A DNA stretch of 63,947 bases, filler included, from Welwitschia mirabilis (GCA_051453625.1; 4 parts of one record of this genome joined end to end with filler, not necessarily neighbours in it); one strand, 5' to 3'; positions 13,118 through 25,916 are shown, counted from the whole stretch's first letter. Notes: generated from the sequence alone by a model not told the origin. Translations and numbers: made by a program.

Positions 13118-13943
13118 TGAAATCCAAGTAGATCCTACCATTATGCCTTTAGTCTTTACCTCATACACCCTTATCTACTAAGGCATGCATTAGAATCTAG
13201 AGCATAGGATGCCTTGAATTCTCTAGCTTAAGAGAGATATGGATCTTTATATGTCCAAATATATAGTTATGGTAGTTAAAGATTACACAACAATCTTGGA
13301 GAGTGATGTAGTCTGACATAAGTCAAGGTCTATGTAAGACTTCCTTGGCATGCTACCAACTAAGACTTATTACTAGTGAAAGATGTTGTGTGATTAAGAA
13401 GTGGATAATTTCTAACTTTAATCCTTAATCATTAATAAACATTTTTATGAAAAAGTATTAAGTGTAAAAATAAAAATATTTAAAGATTAAATAAAAAGAG
13501 AAAAATGGATTTTATTTTGATATAGTAAAGTTAAGTAAATCTTACTTACCATCCAAACTTAACTTAATCTATTTAAATTACAAGTAAAATGATGCCTATA
13601 TGAAAAAAATAAAGTAAAGTAGATCTTATTCCACATTCTAGCTTGACTTGATGAAATATAAAGAGGGATTTAATGGACTTACATTTATTTAGAATAATTT
13701 AAAAAACTTAAAAATATGAAAAAAAGTACATGTGCATAGAAGAGGGCCAAAAAAATAACACAAATGCTTAAGGATGGGTTCAAAAGAAAAGTCACTAAAA
13801 TTTTAGTATTTAACATGTCAACATAAGAAGGAAAAATGCTAAGAAATGTAGCTTTAATGTGATAAAGTACACATGTAAAAGTAAAATTATTCAAATCCTT
13901 TAACCATCAAATGTGAATCTACTTTATAAAAATAGTTTCAATG

Positions 13944-13957
13944 TTAAATATTTATTA
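13944..13957. repeat. Candidate LINE target-site duplication, 3'-side copy (partner at 21442-21455)
   Basis: 14-bp exact match, extending to 20 bp with three transitions (13938-13957 vs 21436-21455). It is AT-only, so chance cannot be fully excluded. Confidence 0.65.
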
Positions 13958-14268
13958 TTTTTAAAAAAAGTATATATACTAAACTAGAAAATGTACATCA
14001 GGGTGTGATAACACCCAGGATTAACAGGAAAATTAAACTATTCAAAAACAAAAGAAATATATTCTACTAATTGTTTAGGAGAGGACTATGAAATAGAACA
14101 AAAATGGGGGAAAAACTGCCCCTAAGGAAATAGAAGGAACATGAGGGACTACCTATTTAGAAGAGTAAAAGCATGAAACTTCTAATAGACTAGAAGTAAA
14201 AATGCTCGTGCTACCAAAAGTTATAAAATACTTAAGATTGAAAAGGAAAAAGCCTAAAAGAAGGAGTA

Positions 14269-15824
14269 TTAGAGTCCTCTACAGAATGGAAACAAATTAC
14301 CATGATTGTGTTTAAGTAAGAAATAACCCATATCATCAAAGAGTACCTCAAAAGCTTGATTTACCTTCTTGAATTCTTTAGCACCTACTGGATTTTTATC
14401 TAGATGTAGTCTAAGGGCTTCTTTTTATAGCTTGACTAGATGGCTTGGGGAAGGGCTTTATGAGAGAATCCTAATGTGACAAAGGAACATCTCTTCAGTT
14501 CTTAAACTATTGCCAGCATNNNNNNNNNNNNNNNNNNNNNNNNNNNNNNNNNNNNNNNNNNNNNNNNNNNNNNNNNNNNNNNNNNNNNNNNNNNNNNNNN
14601 NNNNNNNNNNNNNNNNNNNTCAGTTCTTAAACTATTGCCAGCGTAACTTCCCATTAAGAAGCATTCATATTAATGTCCTCTTGAGGATGAGGCTGAATTT
14701 CTACTAAAAAAGAGTTTGAGGTAGAGTTCTAGGTAAGGCTAGGACTTGTTACTGGTTGAGGATAGGTCTGGTCATATCTACCTCGCTCCTAGGAGTTGGG
14801 GGATGGATGTTCTTGAACTGGCTTCTAAGCTATCTTGTGGGTAGGCTCTTGAGCTGTTTCCTACTAGGCTTGGGATGAAAAAATATTCTCTGAATGATCT
14901 AAGAATGAAGTCAGCCCCTCTCCCCATCCCACCTCAACTAGAGTTATTATGTGCAGTGGTTCCTCAGGATTAGGGGTTTCTTCCATAGTGGCTCTTCTTT
15001 TAAAGGCTCTTATTTGGGGAGTTTAATGTGGGCATTATTAAGGAGGAAATAAGGGGGGGAGGGGGTGGGAATGAGAGGGAGAGGAGAGGGGAGGGGGGAC
15101 TCTCTCTTAGCNNNNNNNNNNNNNNNNNNNNNNNNNNNNNNNNNNNNNNNNNNNNNNNNNNNNNNNNNNNNNNNNNNNNNNGAGCTTGGATAAAAAAGAA
15201 TAGTAAATTTACCTGACACCCTAGATCAAAGGCTTTGAGAAATGCAAAATGAATAACTAATAGTTTAGAGAAATTCCTAAACTGAATGAAATAGAGATCA
15301 ACTAGCTATGTTCCTGATCCCTATGGGGCCAGTAATGCCTTTCTGTTAACATGCCTACTTGAAATTTAGGAACTTCATCGTGGAAGAAGTACTTCATATT
15401 ATCCTCAGATTTTAAATAGAATACNNNNNNNNNNNNNNNNNNNNNNNNNNNNNNNNNNNNNNNNNNNNNNNNNNNNNNNNNNNNNNNNNNNNNNNNNNNN
15501 NNNNNNNNNNNNNNNNNNNNNNNNCATCATGGAAGAAGTACTTCATATTATCCTCAGATTTCAAATAGCATACATTCTCCTTCTGCGGGGATATCCAACA
15601 TTCTAAAGAGGGAATCTTTAGTTATCTCTATAGGGATTCTTCTAAAAGTTGTGCACCATCCTCTCCATCATCTATAAAAGGGGGTGATATCAATCCCCTG
15701 GACTCGCCTAAGCTTGTGCAAGAGGGATTTCCATCCCACAGCCTACACTTTTTTCCATAGGGTAGGGTAGCCTTTAAAAGAGGCTAAGATCAAAAGGCTC
15801 GATGATAAGCATAGCTCCCATCAT
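14269..15824 (-). pseudogene. Decayed extra ORF (or ORF2 extension): possible env-like/Transposase_32-like domain, Pro/Gln-rich linker, C-terminal J-domain
   Basis: Manual translation through stops and frameshifts: IIEPFDLSLF/KGYPTLWKKV*AVGWKSLLHKLRRVQGIDITPFYR...IPIEITKDSLFRMLDIPAEGEC...FLKAFDLGCQVNLLFFFIQA, then SPLPSPLPLIPTPSPP...QETAQEP...PQPVTSPS, then the J-domain. Most stops are consistent with CAG/CAA/CGA/TGG transitions. The 5' end is lost in the gap at 15825-16377. Confidence 0.7.
14332..14489 (-). pseudogene. DnaJ/Hsp40 J-domain, decayed
   Basis: CSFVTLGFSHKALPQAI*SSYKK/ALRLHLDKNPVGAKEFKKVNQAFEVLFDD matches the J-domain consensus (Y.VLGV...A....IKKAYRKLAL..HPDKNP....FK.IN.AYEVLSD). 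HLD at 14406-14398 is one C>T change from HPD. One stop and one frameshift. Confidence 0.88.
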
Positions 15825-16377
15825 NNNNNNNNNNNNNNNNNNNNNNNNNNNNNNNNNNNNNNNNNNNNNNNNNNNNNNNNNNNNNNNNNNNNNNNNNNNN
15901 NNNNNNNNNNNNNNNNNNNNNNNNNNNNNNNNNNNNNNNNNNNNNNNNNNNNNNNNNNNNNNNNNNNNNNNNNNNNNNNNNNNNNNNNNNNNNNNNNNNN
16001 NNNNNNNNNNNNNNNNNNNNNNNNNNNNNNNNNNNNNNNNNNNNNNNNNNNNNNNNNNNNNNNNNNNNNNNNNNNNNNNNNNNNNNNNNNNNNNNNNNNN
16101 NNNNNNNNNNNNNNNNNNNNNNNNNNNNNNNNNNNNNNNNNNNNNNNNNNNNNNNNNNNNNNNNNNNNNNNNNNNNNNNNNNNNNNNNNNNNNNNNNNNN
16201 NNNNNNNNNNNNNNNNNNNNNNNNNNNNNNNNNNNNNNNNNNNNNNNNNNNNNNNNNNNNNNNNNNNNNNNNNNNNNNNNNNNNNNNNNNNNNNNNNNNN
16301 NNNNNNNNNNNNNNNNNNNNNNNNNNNNNNNNNNNNNNNNNNNNNNNNNNNNNNNNNNNNNNNNNNNNNNNNNNNNN

Positions 16378-19300
16378 ATAAAGATTAATACTTTACTCTA
16401 AGTATAATGATGGAATAAATGATATCTATTTTAGGATTTGATTGACATATGGGATATTTTATGTTCACTTAAAATCCTCTCTTGAGCAATTGGTCTCTAG
16501 TTAAGACTCTATGATGGTTTTTTAACTAATAAAATACTTTATTTTTTTCTAGAATTTTTTGTATGAGTAATCTTTTCCATATTTCTTTAAAAGAATCTAT
16601 TTGGTTGAATCAAACTGATAGATGTTTAAATTTAGAAATTGTTATTAAGATTTAATGAGGTATTTCCTTAGGTAGAACTCCCCATGATCAATACTTTAAT
16701 TTCTGTATTTGTAATTAATTAAGTCACACCAAGGTTATCCTTCTTCATGTAGTTTTTTTAAGATCGTATGAGCTCTAGTAAGGATGCAGTCCTTTGGTTT
16801 CTAAATCCCCCAGCCCCCTGATTCTTTTGGATGACCAATAGCCTTCCATTTGTAGAGATGAATTTGGTAATGATCTTTTCCTCTTGATCATATGAACTCC
16901 TTTAAGGTCCTATTGATTTTTTGGATAATGTTTCTCGAGGAGGCAATAACAAAAGATATGTAACGGAAATAAAAAATTAAGTAAGAGTTTATGAGGATGA
17001 TATTTTCTTTAGATTAGAGAAAAATATTCTACCAAGAGTTGCATCGACTTTGAATGGATTCAAGGATATAATTCCATGTGAAGGTCTTGTGCTAGTTTTA
17101 AAGGAGAATTCCTAGATATATATCCTAAAGTATCCTAATTTTGCACTTATAATTTGGGCGATTTCACCTCCTTTGATACTTTTTCTACCTAAAGTGTATA
17201 TTCTTGACTTATTTCAATTGGTATGAAGAATAATAGCCACTACAAAAAGGTTCATAGAAATTTTGATAGCTTTTACTTGTTAACATGAAGCCTTGGTTAT
17301 AATGATGGTATCATCTGCATAGTGATTGTTAATAAAAGTTCAATTTTAATTCCTGTAACTCCATTTTTCTTAAAAAAACCTGTAAAACATTTATTACAAG
17401 GAGAAAAGGGTATCAGAATAGGGTGTTCCCTTGTCTTAAACTTCTGCCTACTAAAAAGAAATTTGATCTATAATTGTTGATATTCACACTGAATTTGGTT
17501 GAAGCATGCATGTCTAGCCAAAGATTAATGACATCTTGAGAAAAACCAATTTTTTAAGGATACACCCTAATGCTCATTAACTATCCAAATCATAAGCTTT
17601 AACAATATCTAATTTAGTACTAAGAAGAGGAAATTTATATTTTTTAATAGAATGAATGATCCCATGGATCAAGAGGATTTAATTTTGAATATACATGAAT
17701 TAGATAAAGTTAGCTTAATTTTTTGAAATCACATTAGAAAGTAGGGGGCAATACAACCAAGCATAATTTTTATGAAAGTCTATAAAGAACATTACAAACA
17801 CCTAGAGACCTAAAATCCTCTATTTTTCTAGCATTTCTTTTTTTAAGAATAAGAACCACCCTAGTTCTATTTATTTTCCTAGGGATTCACTTATTGTAAA
17901 AAAAAATTTGCATTACATATAGAAGGTTATCCCCTAATATGAAGAAATAGGATTTAAAAATTTTAACTGACCATCCATCAAGACCAGGGGCTTTATTATT
18001 CTTCAGGAACCTTACAGTAAGAAAGACCTTATTTCTACTTAGAGGTTTAGCCAACATAGAGTTGTCTTCATGTGAAATTTTCTTATTTTCTGAAATAAAG
18101 ATGGGGATGATACCATCCCATTTCTAGACTCATGAGATGGACCTGTAGTTCCTTAGCTATGTTCTCTTTATTTTCTATTATTTAACCTTTGATGAATAGC
18201 CTTCTGATTCTATTATCTAATCTATATTGGTTGACTTACTAGAAGAAAAACCTAGTATATTTATCATCCTCTTTAGTAATTTGATCCTTGAGCATTCTCT
18301 TCAGTAATTATTTTCATTAACATTTATTTTTTAAAGTTTTATAAGGCACTGATATTCTCTATTCTGTAAGCTATCCTAGTTTTCTTCCTCCTCCTACTCA
18401 GTTTGGATTCTTTTCATTTCTTTTTTAATCTCTGCTTTTGACTCAAATCTCTATTTATCTTTTCTTTTTCTAATCTCTTATATGGGCTTTTAAGGTATTA
18501 AAGCCTCTATACAAAAAAGTTATAGATTGAGACCCATGATACTAGGCCCATATTTTTTTCAGTAATGTTCTAGTTTTTGTCTAATTAATCTAGTACCATT
18601 CCATGTGAAATAGGATTTTCTAGAGCAAAATCGTCCCTACTTTGAGTTTAATAGGATGGTGGTCCAAAGAAATCCTCTTCATACCGTAAGCTTTAAATGG
18701 AAGTTTAGCTAAATCCTTACCTATAATAATTCTATCAATTTTAGATATAATCAGATCATTACCTACTTTTCTATAGGACCAAGTATACTTGAAACTAGTT
18801 ATAGGGATGTTTGTAAGAGAGTTTCTTATCAAAAAGTCTTTTAGGATTGAGGGTTCTCTAGAATTCCAATTATCACCTCCAAATTTTTCACAATGATGAA
18901 TACATTGATTGAAATCATCTAATATGAGTCATTTGAATCTATCTATTATAGTCCTTTAAACTTATTCCAAGATAAAGGCCTTATCTTAATTATTTTGGGG
19001 ATTGTAAAGGTTCATGATAGTCTAGGCTTCTTTTTTTAGAAATATTATGATGTGGTTCTTACTGCTATGAATTAGATATGCCTCTTTTTTTTATAGAGAT
19101 CATGAGGCCTCTAGAAGTGCCTTAGGATGCAAAGATAAAGGAAGTTCATTACTGCTCTAAACTTACTTTTTCCATATCATTTTTTATCTTTGTTTCTTAT
19201 AAATAAAATAGATCAATGTTAAACTAACTGATAATGTTTCTTAGGGTTTTTTCCTTATAAGAGGATCTAATCCCATATAATTTTATGTAAGACAATTCAT
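16378..19300 (-). pseudogene. LINE ORF2 (AP endonuclease and reverse transcriptase), decayed
   Basis: Starts MNCLT*N at 19300. Endonuclease motifs DDFN, YTWS, SKIDR, LDHHPI. RT motifs KAPGLDG (~17990), KLDIVKAYD, LRQG, HYADDT (~17315), YLGI, and a PKE.GG-like motif (~16820). Runs into a gap. Confidence 0.93.
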
Positions 19301-21100
19301 TGGAGGCATTTTTATCCCTTTCTATGTTCTTGACATTTCCTTAGAGTATTTTCAATGGTGGATTAGAAAATATTAGTAACATTTTCTGTCATTTCCCATT
19401 CTCGAAGTGTTCTATTACTAGTCCTCCCCTTTGTTTGAATTTCTACTTTATTAGGTTCATCACTATTTTGAGGTTTTTGGGTATCATATTCTTCTACAAG
19501 AGGTTGAAAGAGGTTATACTTCATCTCTTGTACTTTCTTTTTCTTCCTATTCTTAGTTTCCTTGGGGAAAATATTAGTGTCTTTCCCTATATGTTCCTTC
19601 TTTTGCTTATGTGGGCATAGGCTCTGATTGTGTCCGGTCTTTCCATAAAAAGTACATGTTTCCTTTAGCTTTTCCTTAATATTAATTAGCTATTTTATAC
19701 ATTATTCTCTTAAAAGACTTAATCTGCCATAATGTAAACATTTTTTNNNNNNNNNNNNNNNNNNNNNNNNNNNNNNNNNNNNNNNNNNNNNNNNNNNNNN
19801 NNNNNNNNNNNNNNNNNNNNNNNNNNNNNNNNNNNNNNNNNNNNNNTTTTTGGGTATCATATTCTTCTACAAGAGGTTGAAAGAGGTTATACTTCATCTC
19901 TTGTACTTCCTTTTTCTTCCTATTCTTAGTTTCCTTGGGGAAAATATTAGTGTTTTTCCCTATATGTTCCTTCTTTTGCTTATGTGGGCATAGGCTCTGA
20001 TTGTGTCTGGTCTTTCCATAAAAAGTACATATTTCCTTTAGCTTTTTCTTAATATTAATTAGCTATTTTATACATTTTTCTCTTAAAAGACTTAATCTGC
20101 CATAATGTAAACATTTTTTTAAGGAGGAGCACATCTCTAAGAAAGATGTTTTAATTTTTTACAAACTGTAGAGGGGATCAGAAGCTTCTCATAAGTGATG
20201 TCAAGCTTACAAATAGCCCATTTAGATCTAAATTTTAGAGATTTAATATTCTTTGTATCTTCTAGACTCATCCAAAAACAAAATTTGGTCAACACTACTC
20301 TTGTCTATTTGATAGTGACCCTTCAAGTTTGATGAGTTCACCAAACTAAGTTACCATTATCTTTAAGAGATCTTCATTCCAAAACTCCAATAGAAACTTG
20401 TGGATGTGGATTCAAATCTGTAACCTCTTAAATAGATTTAGGTACATTTGTATTCCTACATTTACTTAGCTAGGGCAAGACCTCAAACCCCAAATAACTA
20501 AGATCCTCTCATGATCATTTCATCCCAATCTCATTCGTTATCTAATTAGAATAATAATAGCCCTTCCAGCATAGCAATAACATCAACTTTACTCACTCCT
20601 ATCCATTTAGCGATCACCCATTTATAGATCCAATCCAATCTAGGCTAAGGGTTANNNNNNNNNNNNNNNNNNNNNNNNNNNNNNNNNNNNNNNNNNNNNN
20701 NNNNNNNNNNNNNNNNNNNNNNNNNNNNNNNNNNNNNNNNNNNNNNNNNNNNNNGTATATTTGTATTCCCACATTTACTTAGCTAGGGCAAGACCTCGAA
20801 CCTCAAATAACTAAGATTCTCTCATGATCATTTCATTCCAATCTCATTCGTTATCTAATTAGAATAAGAATGGCCCTTCCAGCATAGTAATAACATCAAC
20901 TTTACTCACTCCTATCCATTTAGCAATCACCCATTTATAGATCCAATCCAATCTAGGCTAAGGGTTAGATGAAACGTACTTTTTGATTAGAATATATCGA
21001 AGTTTCTTCTTGATCTCATAGCATGTATCTTCATCAATGTATAAAACTAGGGATTTTTCTTTCCTAGTATCGAGGTGTGAATTTATGTAATCTTGAAGTC
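19301..21100 (-). pseudogene. LINE ORF1 (DUF4283-type domain and zinc knuckle), decayed
   Basis: QI*IHIHKFLLEFWNEDLLKIMVT*FGELIKLE at ~20420-20325 and YEKLLIPSTVCKKLKH at ~20193, typical of plant L1 ORF1. The start is approximate. Confidence 0.8.
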
Positions 21101-21223
21101 CTTAGATAAATCTGTAAATGATGTAACTTGCAAAAAGACACATGCTAGTATAGATAAGAGTTCACCTTAATGTCGTAATNNNNNNNNNNNNNNNNNNNNN
21201 NNNNNNNNNNNNNNNNNNNNNNN

Positions 21224-21235
21224 TTAATTAATTAA
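21224..21235. other. Artificial scaffold linker TTAATTAATTAA (also at 45413-45424 and 59237-59248)
   Basis: Identical 12-mer with stops in all six frames, centred between two 44-N runs, occurring three times. Confidence 0.95.
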
Positions 21236-23294
21236 NNNNNNNNNNNNNNNNNNNNNNNNNNNNNNNNNNNNNNNNNNNNACCAAAATTGCTCTTACACTC
21301 TGTAACTAGAGATTAAAATCACTCCCATCGATCTGTGGTTTTGCAAGCCTCACTCCCTTCTATGCTCCAGATCCAATGAATCCTAGCAGAGCTCCAAAAC
21401 CCTAGCAGAGCTTAGATTATTAACTTCATCAGTTATTAGTATTAAATATTTATTAAAGCATCTAATCTTGGTGCTATTCTTATTGCTAATGCTTATACTT
21501 CTTTATACTTTTTCATGAATTCCGTGTCATATTCCATATTTTATAAACCTTACTTACTTGAATATTTAGTACGCTAATATTTTAATCAAATGATTAANNN
21601 NNNNNNNNNNNNNNNNNNNNNNNNNNNNNNNNNNNNNNNNNNNNNNNNNNNNNNNNNNNNNNNNNNNNNNNNNNNNNNNNNNNNNNNNNNNNNNNNNTCT
21701 TGGTGCTATTCTTGTTGCTAATGCTTATACTTCTTTATACTTTTGCATGAATGCCATGTCATATTCCATATTTTATAAACCTTACTTACTTGAATATTTA
21801 GTATGTTAAGATTTTAATCAAATGATTAATTATCCTTATTTAAATTCCTTATTAAATAACATATTATTTTAAATTAACTTTAGTTTATAACTTTCATAAT
21901 TTACCATAAAAATGAAAAAAATTATGTTAGAAGGTTTTTACGAAAAAAGGTATCCAAACATTTAAAATTAAAGAATCCCATTATGTAAGGAATTAAAATG
22001 ATATAAATTGAAAACTTCAAGAGGACATAATAATATATTTTGAATCCTACTTACTCATTTAAATTCTTCATAAATGTGATAGGTGTACTATATTATGGAT
22101 AGACATTTTCTTCCTTGCATTATGTGATTGACAAATTTTATGTATTTTGAAATAAATAAATATTTGAATAAGTACATGCAATCTTGCCTAGAACAAAAAA
22201 TGATAAGTAAGTAGATTTACTCTATCATGACTTTTATCTTTTTGAGACGTGTAAGGGCACTTGGTTCATAGCATACTCATTGTTTTATTCATTGGAATTA
22301 AAGAGTTTATCTCATTAGACCATATAACAATTTTTAGATTTATGCANNNNNNNNNNNNNNNNNNNNNNNNNNNNNNNNNNNNNNNNNNNNNNNNNNNNNN
22401 NNNNNNNNNNNNNNNNNNNNNNNNNNNNNNNNNNNNNNNNNNNNNNAAATAAATATTTGAATAAGTACATGCAATCTTGTCTAGAACAAAAAATGATAAG
22501 TAAGTAGATTTACTCTACCATGACTTTTATCTTTTTGAGATGTGTAAGGGCACTTGGTTCATAGCATACTCATTGTTTTATTCATTAGAATTAAAGAGTT
22601 TGTCTCATTAGACCATATAACAATTTTTAGATTTATGCATTTATTATTTCGATGCATGTCCTAGATGAATTAAACTTACTTAGGGGTCTATGAAGGATTA
22701 AAAAGAGCTATCATGAGGAAATGATGCATTTAATTAATCTTACTAATTAAAGCAAAAAGATTACTCACCTTACTTATGTTTATGAGTCATAAATATGATT
22801 AATTTTATACTCCACTGTTACTTATTACTCATCTCACTTATCAATGCTAAATCATTTGATCTTNNNNNNNNNNNNNNNNNNNNNNNNNNNNNNNNNNNNN
22901 NNNNNNNNNNNNNNNNNNNNNNNNNNNNNNNNNNNNNNNNNNNNNNNNNNNNNNNNNNNNNNNAAAGAGCTATCATGAGGAAATGATGCATTTAATTAAT
23001 CTTGCTAATTAAAGCAAGAATATTACTCACCTTACTTATGTTTATGAGTCATAAATATGATTAATTTTGTACTCCAATGTTACTTATTACTCATCTCACT
23101 TATCAATGCTAAATCATGTGATCTTGAGCTATGTGACTTTGTTTATGTATATATTGAGATCCTTTTCTCTCTTGAAAAAGGAAATACTTTTCTTNNNNNN
23201 NNNNNNNNNNNNNNNNNNNNNNNNNNNNNNNNNNNNNNNNNNNNNNNNNNNNNNNNNNNNNNNNNNNNNNNNNNNNNNNNNNNNNNNNNNNNNN

Positions 23295-23362
<68 letters not shown>
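23295..23362 (+). repeat. (TC)n microsatellite
   Basis: Pure TC run next to a gap. Confidence 0.98.
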
Positions 23363-23364
<2 letters not shown>

Positions 23365-25916
23365 ATTTTCTTGTTTTTAGAGCTTGAATCTTGGAAGCTT
23401 GGAGCTAAATAACTCTTGAGCTTGGATCTTCATCCATTTTTAACTATCAAGGACTTACTAATCTTTCCAAGTAAGATCTTTACTCTTAATATCCATAGGA
23501 TCTCTTTTTAGTATTCTAGTGGAATGATGTGATATTACATTAGGGAATTATTTATGTCTTTTATGCAATTATATTATAAAATATTATTCCTTCCTATTGG
23601 CTCTTATCAAGATTCTAGTAAGATATGAGAGTCTCTTATGCTTGGTCATAAAGGTTACTAATATATGATTATGGAAAAGTGACCAGGGATTCACTATTAA
23701 ATTAAAATTAAAAAAACAAAATTTGGGTACCCATGTTTATTTTAATATTATACGTTTATCTATTATGCATTAGATCCATCTTATTAGAGGCAAAGTCTAA
23801 TCCTCAAAATCTCTTTTAGCTACTACTCTTTCATGGGAATACTAAGGTTTATAGTAAATGATTCTTTTTTAATTGATTTGATTCTTTTTAATATAATGTT
23901 TTGAATTAGTATCTTAGTTAAGATATTCTATAAGTAATTGCTTAATATATCTATTATTTTATTGATTTAAGTTATTGCTTAACTAGTTGTAGAAACTTTA
24001 TCATATTTTTGTCATAGGAAAATTAAATTTCCAGAATAGAGGCACAAGATAAAAATATTATAGCTTATTAATTAGTAGGTATAAATTAGTGAAATTTTTA
24101 TGTAATTCTAGGATTGTGTTATAAACGCGAAAATGTTAAAACAATATTTTTATAATGAGCAATTATTTTTAAAAAAGTTATTTATTAAAATACACTAAAA
24201 AATAAATGCAAAAAATAATAAGCAAGTAATTTATGTTTCTATAACTATTTGTTAAGATATCTATAAACTTGAGCATCCTAAGTTGTAGGAAATTAAATAA
24301 GCTTTCCAAAACATCTTCAATGAATTAAAAACTCAAAGTATTTTAAAAGTTATGGTCATTTTAGTATAGTGTGGTCAGACTATAGTTTTAGAAAATTTGA
24401 TAGGTTTTAACCTTAAATGATAACCTTAAGAATAATATTTTTAGAATCCAAGNNNNNNNNNNNNNNNNNNNNNNNNNNNNNNNNNNNNNNNNNNNNNNNN
24501 NNNNNNNNNNNNNNNNNNNNNNNNNNNNNNNNNNNNNNNNNNNNNNNNNNNNNNNNNNNNNNNNNNNNNNNNNNNNNNNNNNNNNNNNNNNNNNNNNNNN
24601 NNNNNNNNNNNNNNNNNNNNNNNNNNNNNNNNNNNNNNNNNNNNNNNNNNNNNNNNNNNNNNNNNNNNNNNNNNNNNNNNNNNNNNNNNNNNNNNNNNNN
24701 NNNNNNNNNNNNNNNNNNNNNNNNNNNNNNNNNNNNNNNNNNNNNNNNNNNNNNNNNNNNNNNNNNNNNNNNNNNNNNNNNNNNNNNNNNNNNNNNNNNN
24801 NNNNNNNNNNNNNNNNNNNNNNNNNNNNNNNNNNNNNNNNNNNNNNNNNNNNNNNNNNNNNNNNNNNNNNNNNNNNNNNNNNNNNNNNNNNNNNNNNNNN
24901 NNNNNNNNNNNNNNNNNNNNNTAATACATTTTGAGTTTTTAATTTAAAAAAAGAAAAGAATATTTCCTTTATTTAAATAGAAAAGAAAAGAATATTTTCT
25001 TTATTTAAATTTTCATTATTGTAATCTTGAATATAAAGATATTCTTGTATGCTTGTTTTATTTTTATGGTCTTTTTAATAAAATGAAAGTAATAATGATT
25101 AGAAGTGTTATAACTAGGTAAATAATCCATTAAATATTCACATTAGTTAGAATTTTATGCATTAATTTATGCAGTGTATTCATCAAATATAACTAAATCA
25201 AGATAATTCTAATAATGTTCATCCCCACACTTAGATTTCATCAATAATGTGGATTGCATTATTTTTTTTTTATAATATCATTTTAGAAGTGGATTTGATC
25301 ATCACTTTATTGCCTTATCCATGTATGAACTTACTTCAACTTAATAACTTAAGCCCTTGGCATTGATGGATCATGTTGTACATCTAGATATGCTTCAAGG
25401 AAGCGAGGGTTATTTATAAGCACATACACCTCACATACCACTTGTTACCTATATTGGAGATATATTGAGGTGAAGTGAAAGCCTATAGAGTTNNNNNNNN
25501 NNNNNNNNNNNNNNNNNNNNNNNNNNNNNNNNNNNNNNNNNNNNNNNNNNNNNNNNNNNNNNNNNNNNNNNNNNNNNNNNNNNNNNNNNNNNNNNNNNNN
25601 NNNNNNNNNNNNNNNNNNNNNNNNNNNNNNNNNNNNNNNNNNNNNNNNNNNNNNNNNNNNNNNNNNNNNNNNNNNNNNNNNNNNNNNNNNNNNNNAAATA
25701 CTAAGAAGAAATAGAGAAAATAAACTTATGACATCATTATTATTTGTAAACCACAATAATCTAAAAGTTAGTTATAGGTAAATATATAATATTAATATCA
25801 TTTGTTTTTCTTAGAATATAGAAATTCTAATAAAGGAATAATTAAAATTTAATCCTAAGTTCCATTATATCTATTAGGTAATAATATTAAAGAAGAAAGG
25901 GAGGAACTCCACTATG

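Larger units (their letters stand above)
13958..21441 (-). mobile_element. Apparently full-length decayed L1-clade LINE with an extra 3' coding region containing a J-domain
   Basis: ORF1, endonuclease and RT motifs are in the expected order on the minus strand. Short A-tail remnant (TTTTT at 13958-13962 on +). Flanking direct repeat TTAAATATTTATTA at 13944-13957 and 21442-21455. Confidence 0.8.

Noticed and set aside
14150-14400. RNase H domain at the LINE 3' end
   Set aside because: Expected for some plant L1s, but translation here gives a J-domain and I found no RNase H motifs.
15051-15100. G-rich tract as a standalone G-quadruplex element
   Set aside because: Adequately explained as the antisense of the proline-rich linker codons in the LINE's extra ORF.
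15802-16401. Long ORFs in the supplied track made mostly of X (also at 3227, 24417, 39363, 40691, 57835 and others)
   Set aside because: They are open only because N runs contain no stop codons.
21224-21235. Recurrent palindrome TTAATTAATTAA
   Set aside because: Artificial six-frame-stop linker centred in N runs.
23057-23387. Ser-Leu repeat ORFs
   Set aside because: Translation of the (TC)n microsatellite plus gap.
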